The notes beneath the pieces were generated by a model. That model was given only the letters and a program-made list of their open reading frames with translations. It was not told the origin of the DNA and searched no databases. From Candidatus Omnitrophota bacterium (lineage in GTDB: Bacteria; Omnitrophota; Gorgyraeia; Duberdicusellales; 4484-171), in NCBI GenBank assembly GCA_043823745.1, contig JBDRAN010000056.1, forward strand, positions 5,144 to 69,143: a stretch of DNA of 64,000 nt, written 5' to 3'. The translations under genes were made by a program, and so were the position numbers. Of the stretch, positions 10,515 through 17,969 are shown piece after piece. Within the stretch, counting starts at the first letter, position 1. Each line of letters begins with the position of its first letter.

Positions 10515-10895
10515 ATGATAATCGGCATCGGCATCGACATGGTCAAAATCGAAAAAATCCAAAGCGCCATTGAGCGTTTGGGTGAGGCTTTCCTGGACCG
10601 CGTTTTTAACAAAGAAGAACTGGCGCCTATCGCCAAAGGTAAAATGTATTACCAGCGTCTGGCAGCGCGTTTCGCCGCTAAAGAAGCGGTCATAAAAGCG
10701 ATTTCGAAAGAAAAGCCGCTCGCTCTCAAAGACATCGTTATTTTAAATAAACCAAACGGCGCTCCGTATTGTAAGTTCAAGAAAAAAATGAATATTGAGA
10801 TTTTCCTTTCGATTACGCATCTTGAAGATTACGCGTCTGCCTGCGCGGTGGCCCAGAGAGAAACGCAGATTAGCGCAGAGGGAAGACGCAGATGA
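10515..10895 (+). CDS. acpS: Holo-ACP synthase
   Basis: IIGIGIDMV, LAARFAAKEAVIKA, LSITH. Confidence 0.95.
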   Translation: MIIGIGIDMVKIEKIQSAIERLGEAFLDRVFNKEELAPIAKGKMYYQRLAARFAAKEAVIKAISKEKPLALKDIVILNKPNGAPYCKFKKKMNIEIFLSITHLEDYASACAVAQRETQISAEGRRR

Positions 10896-10908
10896 ACGCA
10901 GATAAAAA

Positions 10909-11766
10909 ATGAAGTTACCTACGCACTTATTTAAACGTAAGCCTGATACCCATAAAGGGGATTATGGCTATGTTTTGGTTATCGGCGGTTCACCGGGATT
11001 AACCGGCGCGGTGTGCTTATGTGCTAGTGCCGCCCTACGGATGGGTGCCGGTCTTGTGCGCGCGGCAGTACCGGGCTCGCTTACCGGCATTGTTGCGACA
11101 AAACTTACCGAAGTTATGACATTGTTGCTTCCTGAAATGCACCCGGGATATCTGTGTCCGGATGCGTTCGGTACAATAGAGCAGATGCTTTCTCGTGTCG
11201 ATGCTATCGCGCTTGGTTGCGGCGCTTCTTCCAATGAAGCTGCCCGGGTCTTAATGCTTAAAGTTATCAAAGAAGTCGATAAGCCTATTGTAGTTGATGC
11301 AGATGGTCTTAATGCTCTGTCTTCTGATACGTGTATTTTAGAGGCCCGTACAACAAAAAATCTCATCCTTACCCCTCATGCTCTTGAGTTTTCCCGGATT
11401 TCAGGGTATAGTATCGAGGATATAAAGAAGAATAGAAAAGCACTTGTCAAAGATTTCGCTCTTCGGTATAATCTAACCCTCGTTCTTAAGGGCCACCGGA
11501 CGCTGGTTAGTGATGGGAGAAAGCTCTTTGAAAATACGACCGGAAACCCCGGAATGGCAACGGCCGGAACAGGGGACGTATTAACCGGTATGATTGCGGG
11601 GCTTCTCGGTCAAGGGCTTATACCTTTTTGCGCGGCCCAGATCGGAGTATACCTGCATGGCTTAGCAAGCGATCTGGCCAGCCGCGAGAAAACCGAAATT
11701 TGTTTAATTGCTTCAGATATAATAGATTATTTACCAAAGGCCATAAAGAAAGCTAGTAGAGCGTAG
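10909..11766 (+). CDS. nnrD: ADP-dependent NAD(P)H-hydrate dehydratase (YjeF C-terminal domain only)
   Basis: HKGDYG..IGGS, VVDADGLN, LTPH..EF, LKG, GNPGMATAGTGDVLTG. Confidence 0.9.
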   Translation: MKLPTHLFKRKPDTHKGDYGYVLVIGGSPGLTGAVCLCASAALRMGAGLVRAAVPGSLTGIVATKLTEVMTLLLPEMHPGYLCPDAFGTIEQMLSRVDAIALGCGASSNEAARVLMLKVIKEVDKPIVVDADGLNALSSDTCILEARTTKNLILTPHALEFSRISGYSIEDIKKNRKALVKDFALRYNLTLVLKGHRTLVSDGRKLFENTTGNPGMATAGTGDVLTGMIAGLLGQGLIPFCAAQIGVYLHGLASDLASREKTEICLIASDIIDYLPKAIKKASRA

Positions 11767-12057
11767 GATAAAAGTTCATAGCTGATAGCTCATAAGCTCA
11801 TAGGAAGATTATTAGAATTTTCATTGATATATTCGCGGAAATTAGCGCTCTAAATTCGCGGTAATTCGCGAGTTGAGGAGGAGCTTTAGCGACGACGCTG
11901 GCGAATGAGTGAGCCGGCGGTATTGTTCTTTGTCTTTTTTTTACTTCGTTAGTTTCTCTCCGGGGTGACAACGAGCCGCGTTTGACATCACTGGTTGTGC
12001 TTACAGGCGAGTGCCATAAGGGGCGGAGCCCCTCTTGGGGAGGAGCGAAGCGACGAC

Positions 12058-12130
12058 GCTGGCGTAGCTCAGTTGGCAGAGCAGAGGTTTTGTAAACCTC
12101 AGGTTGGGGGTTCGATTCCTCTCGCCAGCT
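12058..12130 (+). tRNA. tRNA-Thr(UGU)
   Basis: GCTGGCG/CGCCAGC acceptor stem, anticodon arm GAGGT-TTTGTAA-ACCTC, GGTTCGATTCC T-arm. Confidence 0.95.
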
Positions 12131-12248
12131 TAATTTCAAAAACGAAGGACGCTCATCCACATACGTTCATTGGGACGTGGGACGTTCGTTTGCTGGCCGC
12201 TACGGGGTCGTTTTTATTTTCAATACGTCTATCTCACGGAATAATGAA

Positions 12249-12599
12249 ATGGAAATCTTAAAGAAATTATTCGAAATAGCGCTCATTCCCATTACTTATT
12301 TTGCTGGCGTGCAAAGAGGAAAATTTAATAAAAATAAAGAAAAGATAGTCTTGATTGCGCAGAATTACGTTAATCTTTTGCGACAACATAATTATGATGT
12401 ATATCAATACCCCGACGTTTTGCTTGCAGCGGGGATTCTTACTTTGTCTGAGATGAAAGATATTAACCAAGTAATAGATATTGTTGTAAGTAAATATGGA
12501 GTAGAGCACCCATTTAAAAACTATTCGGAAGTTTTAAAAAGTGACAATACTGTTTTAGACTTCTTTAAGAATTTGGTTAACAAATCAAGAGAAAATTAA
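12249..12599 (+). CDS. AT-rich hypothetical protein
   Basis: Open frame MEILKKLFEIALIPITYFAG... in the low-GC segment between tRNA-Thr and tRNA-Tyr. Confidence 0.55.
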   Translation: MEILKKLFEIALIPITYFAGVQRGKFNKNKEKIVLIAQNYVNLLRQHNYDVYQYPDVLLAAGILTLSEMKDINQVIDIVVSKYGVEHPFKNYSEVLKSDNTVLDFFKNLVNKSREN

Positions 12600-12700
12600 C
12601 TTAAACCATAACTATATATTTTCTATTTTGGTCTGTTCGCGCGTGCTAATTTTGATTTATGAGGTTTATTGGAGATGCTGCATAACACATAAAAAGAAGA

Positions 12701-12940
12701 ATGAAAAAAGCTTTGTTGAATGAGCTAAAAATATTTGGTGTTTGGGTAGGAATATATTTAATACTAATGGTGATCCTTGTTTTTCTTGCTGTAATTAAAT
12801 TTCCATCAGAGCAATTTGTGAGAGGATTTTCCAGTATCTTGCCCATTGTTTTGATGCTATATTTACCGTATATTGTTATTAAGTGCGTAATCTTGCTTTG
12901 TAAATATTTGGCTAAAGGTCAAAATAAAAAGATATTATAA
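12701..12940 (+). CDS. Small two-TM hypothetical membrane protein
   Basis: 79 aa, two hydrophobic helices, AT-rich. Confidence 0.55.
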   Translation: MKKALLNELKIFGVWVGIYLILMVILVFLAVIKFPSEQFVRGFSSILPIVLMLYLPYIVIKCVILLCKYLAKGQNKKIL

Positions 12941-12964
12941 GAATTCCATAGGTAAGCCAAAAAG

Positions 12965-13621
12965 ATGAATTTAACGGCAAAACTGAATCCTCAAGAAATT
13001 AGAGATTTATATTGGGAGAAAAAACATAGCGTGGAGGAGGTTGCAGAGAAATTAGGCATTTCTGTTTGGGCATTATATAATTTTATGAATAGAAATGGAA
13101 TCCCGAGGCGTTCTTTGACAGAGGCTAATTATATTGCTAATCGAGATAAACCACAATTTGCAATCAGAGACGATCTTAGCATTACAGAAGAAAAACTTAA
13201 AATAGCCGGTATTATGATGTATTGGGCTGAAGGAACTTTAAAAGGAAACTCGGTTGACTTTGTGAATAGTAATCCGGACATGGTAAGGATATTCCTAAAA
13301 TTCTTAAGAGCAATATGCGGGATAAAAGAGGAACGCTTAAGGGTCTATCTGTACGCGTATTCTTATCAAAGTATCGAAACGTTGAAACGCTATTGGGGTA
13401 AAGTAACAAATATTTCTTTGAGTCAATTTACTAAACCATACATCAGGGAAGGTAATTTGAATTTAAGTCAAAGAAAAATGCTTTATGGCTTAGTGCATAT
13501 TCGTTATAATGATAAACGTTTATTAAATCTGATTAAGGATTGGATAGCTGAGTATATAGAAGGGCAGGTTCCTGAGTGGTCAAAAGGGACAGACTGTGTA
13601 ATTAACGCAGCGCCCTGTTGA
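12965..13621 (+). CDS. HTH + single-motif LAGLIDADG-like putative homing endonuclease, overlapping the tRNA-Tyr 5' exon
   Basis: N-terminal HTH (LYWEKKHSVEEVAEKLGISVWALYNFM), then IAGIMMYWAEG resembling LAGLIDADG, followed by VDFVNSNPDMVRIFLKFL. The last 19 residues are encoded by the tRNA exon and the intron 5' end. Confidence 0.7.
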   Translation: MNLTAKLNPQEIRDLYWEKKHSVEEVAEKLGISVWALYNFMNRNGIPRRSLTEANYIANRDKPQFAIRDDLSITEEKLKIAGIMMYWAEGTLKGNSVDFVNSNPDMVRIFLKFLRAICGIKEERLRVYLYAYSYQSIETLKRYWGKVTNISLSQFTKPYIREGNLNLSQRKMLYGLVHIRYNDKRLLNLIKDWIAEYIEGQVPEWSKGTDCVINAAPC

Positions 13622-13920
13622 AAAACAGGATGTAAAAGCGGGTGAATTCAGGGAAGCCCAGCACTAATTTAAAACTTTGAATTAGGTTAGTAAAATTAGT
13701 GCTGGGTAATCCTGAGCCAAGCTTTGGCATAACGCCAGAGAAGGTGCAGAGACTATTCCGTAAGGAAGTAGCTTCAGTTATTCTGGAGCGAAGCGCCCGC
13801 CGCCTAACGCCAGGTTATTAATGGCTATGGTGATGAGATAGTCCAAGCCTTAAGGTAACTTAAGGGACACTTGAAATCTGTTGCGCTTGCGCTTCGAGGG
13901 TTCAAATCCTTCCCTGCCCA
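13562..13920 (+). tRNA. tRNA-Tyr(GUA) split by a group I intron (exon 1 13562-13597, exon 2 13874-13920)
   Basis: Joined exons give GGGCAGG/CCTGCCC-A acceptor stem, ACAGA-CTGTAAA-TCTGT anticodon arm, long variable arm GCGC-TT-GCGC and GAGGG-TTCAAAT-CCTTC T-arm. It sits in the canonical Thr-Tyr-Gly order. Confidence 0.93.
13598..13873 (+). ncRNA. Group I self-splicing intron (276 nt, no internal ORF)
   Basis: P1 CTGT|GT pairs with ACGCAG with the U13597.G13607 wobble. P2 has a GAAA loop. P GAATTCAGGGAA, Q AATCCTGAGC, R GCAGAGACTA and S GAGATAGTC are present, as are P3 GCGGG/CCCGC, P7 GACTA/TAGTC, P9 CCTTAAG-GTAA-CTTAAGG and terminal G13873. Confidence 0.93.
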
Positions 13921-14203
13921 TGTTTATTATTCTTAAGGTAGTGAAGGTTCTCCCGCCTCACAACAACGCCTAAAATTTTCTCTGAAAATTTTAGGCGTTC
14001 GGCGGGATCAATTCGACTACATGTTTTTTCTTCACCCTTGGCTTAAAAAAACATAAGTCTCATTGAAAATCCTTCCCTGCCCATGTTTTTTGATAAATTT
14101 GAAGAGCTATCAGCTCACAGCTTTCAGCCCTCAGCTTAAAGGATAAATTTATTTATGCTGATAGCTGAAGACTGATAGCTGAGAGCTGACATTTTTTTGA
14201 CTT

Positions 14204-14274
14204 GCGGGCGTAGTTCAATGGCAGAACACTAGCCTTCCAAGCTGGATATGTCGGTTCGATCCCGATCGCCCGCT
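14204..14274 (+). tRNA. tRNA-Gly(UCC)
   Basis: GCGGGCG/CGCCCGC-T acceptor stem, CTAGC-CTTCCAA-GCTGG anticodon arm, GGTTCGATCC. Confidence 0.95.
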
Positions 14275-14278
14275 TATA

Positions 14279-14415
14279 ATGAGACTGTGATTTTTTAAGC
14301 CGTAGGTGAAGAAAAATCACATAGTCGAATTATCCCCGTTTTTGCACCCGATAGATTCCCTCGCAATTTCTTGAAATTGCGAAAAGATCAATGGAGGCAA
14401 AAACGGGGTCAATTC
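14279..14415 (+). repeat. Modular stem-loop repeat family, plus-strand copy (others at 13945-14063 minus, 23878-24006 plus, 34141-34264 minus, 34381-34486 plus)
   Basis: Near-identical core TTTTGCACCyGATAG..TCGCAATTTC..GAAATTGyGAAA..ATCAATGGAGGCAAAA in three copies, plus a shared upstream hairpin module. Confidence 0.8.
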
Positions 14416-14424
14416 GTGTTAACA

Positions 14425-15429
14425 ATGAAAGAAAAAGTATCTATCTTAGGTGCAGGCGGTTGGGGGACGACGCTTGCGGTTGTTTTAGCGCAAAAAAAAG
14501 ACTTGGATGTCACCCTGTGGTCACCGTTTAAGGATCACGTTGATGAAATTAAAAGGGATCGTCAAAACAAGATTTTTCTTCCCGGAGTAGACATTCCGCC
14601 TTCCCTGAGTGTAACCGCCGATCTGCCGGCTGCATTGGTTGTGCCTGTTCTCATCGTTGCAATTCCTGTCGAATATTTGCGTCAGACACTCCAGAAAATA
14701 AAGCGCGTGCACGTTTCTGTTAAGGGAAAAATTTTTGTAAGCGTTATTAAGGGTATCGAAATTAAAAATTTAGTTCGTCCCAGCCAAATTCTAGCTGGGG
14801 AGCTGGGAATTTCTTTAAAACAAATTGCAGTACTTTCCGGCCCCACTATCGCTAAGGAAGTTGCTTCCGGTATCCCCTCGGTTGCAACAGTCGCGTCGCA
14901 CGTTACGGCGTATGCCGCCCGTATTCAGAAATTGTTCTCCGGCACAACGCTTCGCGTGTATACTCACAATGATGTTGTCGGCATTGAGACTGCAGGAGCG
15001 CTTAAGAATATTATTGCCATTGCCTGCGGCATCTCCGACGGATTAGGATTCGGAACCAATACTAAGTCAGCGCTTATATGCAGAGGCTTGAAGGAAATGA
15101 TACGGTTTGCCTCCGCCTTTAAGATCAAGCCTCCCGCGTTCCTGGGTATTAGCGGTATCGGCGATTTATGCACAACATGTTTTTCTTCCGCTTCGCGCAA
15201 TCGTTCACTGGGAGAAGCAATCGGCCGCGGCGCGGCACTTGCCGAAGTCTTAGGCAGCATGAAAACGGTCGCTGAGGGTGTCGGTACGACAAAAGCGGTA
15301 TACCGTTTAAGCAAAAAATATAGTATTGATATGCCCATTACCAGAGAAATATACGCGGTTCTCTATAACAAAAAAACGCCTCAGAAAGCGGTAAAAGATT
15401 TAATGGCTCGCCCCTTGAAGGCGGAATGA
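14425..15429 (+). CDS. gpsA: NAD(P)H-dependent glycerol-3-phosphate dehydrogenase
   Basis: GAGGWGT, LSGPTIAKE, GALKNIIAIACG, GIGDLCTTC.S..SRNR, VAEGV. Confidence 0.96.
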   Translation: MKEKVSILGAGGWGTTLAVVLAQKKDLDVTLWSPFKDHVDEIKRDRQNKIFLPGVDIPPSLSVTADLPAALVVPVLIVAIPVEYLRQTLQKIKRVHVSVKGKIFVSVIKGIEIKNLVRPSQILAGELGISLKQIAVLSGPTIAKEVASGIPSVATVASHVTAYAARIQKLFSGTTLRVYTHNDVVGIETAGALKNIIAIACGISDGLGFGTNTKSALICRGLKEMIRFASAFKIKPPAFLGISGIGDLCTTCFSSASRNRSLGEAIGRGAALAEVLGSMKTVAEGVGTTKAVYRLSKKYSIDMPITREIYAVLYNKKTPQKAVKDLMARPLKAE

Positions 15430-15619
15430 GATCTTTTTTAAATAGGGTGGTGTGCGCTTGTTGATTTTATACCCCGCGCTAAGCACCCGGCACTTAATGG
15501 AATGGTGTCGGCGTCGCCCCTCTGGGCTATATACCTGGCGCTCAATGGAATGGCGCCAGTATCGCCCTTCTGGGCGAGAATTGAGCGGGTATGCGCGTTT
15601 CTCGCGCAAGGAGGTTCTT

Positions 15620-16066
15620 ATGAAGAGAGTATCGAGTTTTTTGGTTTGTTTGATTTGGTTTTTTTCGATCACAGGGTGTCAGAACACCAAGACACGCGCC
15701 GTTGAAGGTGCGGTTATTGGCGGTATTCTTGGAGCCGGCGCAGGATATGGTATAGGTCACGGTGGTCACCACGGCGGGGAAGGCGCGGCTATTGGCGCTG
15801 CCGCTGGAGCGCTTACGGGAGCGTTCGTGGGAAGTCAGATCGATAAGCCCCAATCAGAACAGTCCCAAGGAGCATCGGCAGCTAATCCTAATCAAATGAG
15901 TGTTCAGCAAGTCATAGATCTAAGTAAACAGGGTGTTCATGAGGATGTTATTGTTGATAGGATCCGGCTTTCGAATTCAAAATTTGCGCTCTCGCCGACT
16001 GATGTCACGTCTCTTGAACAGCAAGGAGTGAGCCAAAAGGTTATCGCGGTAATGCAGGGAGTGTAA
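15620..16066 (+). CDS. Glycine-zipper lipoprotein
   Basis: SD AAGGAGG, lipobox ITGC, GAVIGGILGAGAG and GAAIGAAAGALTG zippers. Confidence 0.85.
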   Translation: MKRVSSFLVCLIWFFSITGCQNTKTRAVEGAVIGGILGAGAGYGIGHGGHHGGEGAAIGAAAGALTGAFVGSQIDKPQSEQSQGASAANPNQMSVQQVIDLSKQGVHEDVIVDRIRLSNSKFALSPTDVTSLEQQGVSQKVIAVMQGV

Positions 16067-16106
16067 TTTGTTTTCGGCTACGCCGTGCCGCAGCCAAGGA
16101 GATAGT

Positions 16107-16496
16107 ATGAGTCTTACAGTTTCAGTGCATTCAAAAGAAGCAGGGGTCTATGTTGTCGTTCCTGATGGCGTCATTGATGCTCAGACGTGCGGTGTACTTG
16201 AGAGTACACTTAAACCGTTGCTTGTGTCCCCCACAAAAGCGGTCGTGCTTGATATGACCGCAGTTTCTTATATCAGCAGTCTTGGTTTAAGTGTTATTTT
16301 CAGAACAAAAGAGGCGCTTGAAAAAAATAAAGGCGCGTTACTTCTTACCAATCTTCAACCACAGATAACTAAGGTTTTCGAAGTCATAAGAGCGATCCCT
16401 GAGTACCTTTTTGCGACTATGGAGGAGACCGATACGTATCTTGACCGGTTTCTTGCCGAGATAGAGAAAAAAGAACCCGATCAGGGCAGCGCGTAG
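16107..16496 (+). CDS. STAS-domain anti-sigma-factor antagonist
   Basis: DGVIDAQT, VVLDMTAVSYISSLGL, QPQITKVFE. Confidence 0.88.
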   Translation: MSLTVSVHSKEAGVYVVVPDGVIDAQTCGVLESTLKPLLVSPTKAVVLDMTAVSYISSLGLSVIFRTKEALEKNKGALLLTNLQPQITKVFEVIRAIPEYLFATMEETDTYLDRFLAEIEKKEPDQGSA

Positions 16497-16579
16497 CTCT
16501 CATGATGAGAATTAGGCTCGACACCAGCCCCTTTGTGGCTGCTCTTGACGGAGTGTATTATCCATGGTAGGGTACCCTG

Positions 16580-16957
16580 ATGAATGAAACTAAAAAGAAA
16601 ATACTGGTGGTTGACGATGAGAAAGATACCGTATTGATGCTTACTAATATCCTGCGCCGCGCCCAATACGATACGCTTTCTGCTTCAAGCGGCAAAGAAG
16701 CTTTGACGCTCGCCCGAAGTTTCTCCCCGGACGTTATAATCCTTGATATTGTCTTGGGCGATATGGACGGCGGAGATGTGGCTTTTGAGCTTTCTCGCGA
16801 TCCCGCTACTGCCCACATCCCTATTATTTTTCTTACCGGCGTACTCTCTAAGGGCGAAGGTTCTAAAATCAAGACAAGCGGTAAGCGATATGTCTTGGCA
16901 AAGCCCACGACAGCAGAAGAGCTTTTTACCGTAATCAATAAAGTCTTGCCTGCGTAG
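16580..16957 (+). CDS. Single-domain response regulator (receiver)
   Basis: ILVVDDE, PDVIILDIVL, IPIIFLTG, AKP. Confidence 0.9.
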   Translation: MNETKKKILVVDDEKDTVLMLTNILRRAQYDTLSASSGKEALTLARSFSPDVIILDIVLGDMDGGDVAFELSRDPATAHIPIIFLTGVLSKGEGSKIKTSGKRYVLAKPTTAEELFTVINKVLPA

Positions 16958-17361
16958 CCGATTCTTTTCGTAACATGCATCATGTTGTAATCTCCTTCAT
17001 AATTGCTTTGGCGAGTGCCACGATAGGGTTATTGCTTGTTCGATATCCTGCGTACGCCATCGAATTGCAGCGGAGATTTTACGCGAAAATAAACTGAAGG
17101 ATAGAGCCACTCTCGATGGAAGAAGAGTTACGTAATACCCGGGCCTTGGGGCTCTTTCTCATTGGTTTTGTGTGCGCGGCGGTTATCGCATCGGTACGTG
17201 TATGTATGTAATGAAAAAGGTGGCGGCATAGAATACATATCCCTAGCTTTTTAGCTCTTTAGTCGAAAATCTCCCTTTACAGCCTTTCAGAAAGCAACTA
17301 TAATAGCTTGAATATACAGGGTTTGGCCATTTTAAACAAAAATCCCCATGCTATATTTCAT

Positions 17362-17437
17362 CGGGGGGTAGCGCAGTCCGGCTTAGCGCACTTGAATGGG
17401 GTTCAAGGGGCCGAGAGTTCAAATCTCTCTCCCCCGA
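17362..17437 (+). tRNA. tRNA-Pro(GGG)
   Basis: CGGGGGG/TCCCCCG-A acceptor stem, CTTGA-ATGGGGT-TCAAG anticodon arm, GTTCAAATC. Confidence 0.93.
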
Positions 17438-17575
17438 TCATTTGTTTATTGAGTGAAGTGCCTGATTTAACTTTGAATCAGAGTGCGGCATAGTTCTTGA
17501 TTAGACTATTGATACGCCACAACGTATTATACGGTATTATCGGGGATAATATCTCGTAAGGCACGGAGGATAATA

Positions 17576-17926
17576 ATGGAGAAGTATGGCGGTTCAGAAC
17601 GAAGAAAATTTCCGCGGTTTAGCGCAAACTTTGTGGTGAGCTATCGTGTTAAGGAAGTTCCCGATGGGTATGATCTCTCGCAGACGAAAAATGTCAGCCA
17701 GGGGGGAATTCTCTTGACCACGAATCGTAAATTCGAAAAGGGAACTTTGCTTGCGATGAGTATTCGTTTTCCGTTTGTCGCCAAACGAATCGAGGTTACC
17801 GGTGAGGTAGTTGATTCCCGAGAAGTTGTGCGGGACCTTATTTACGAAACAAGGATTAATTTTCGTGATTTAGATACAGAATTCTTCAGAGAGCTTGGCG
17901 AATTTGTCCAGGGGCATTTAAAATAG
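17576..17926 (+). CDS. PilZ-domain protein
   Basis: ERRKFPR (RxxxR) and NVSQGG (D/NxSxxG) c-di-GMP-binding motifs. Confidence 0.88.
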   Translation: MEKYGGSERRKFPRFSANFVVSYRVKEVPDGYDLSQTKNVSQGGILLTTNRKFEKGTLLAMSIRFPFVAKRIEVTGEVVDSREVVRDLIYETRINFRDLDTEFFRELGEFVQGHLK

Positions 17927-17969
17927 ACCATATCCTTTCTCTCAATAATTCCATTAATGTGGGGGCATT

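Noticed and set aside
13598-13600. Alternative reading with GTA at 13598-13600 as the anticodon of an unspliced tRNA
   Set aside because: No 3' anticodon stem or T-arm follows. Only the U13597/G13873 junction restores a 7-nt loop and the P1 U.G pair.
12058-14274. Prophage or integrative element at the tRNA cluster
   Set aside because: No integrase, phage or transposase gene is present. The only att-like duplication encloses just 141 bp.
16960-17340. Possible small gene or ncRNA between the response regulator and tRNA-Pro
   Set aside because: No convincing ORF, RBS or recognisable RNA motif.
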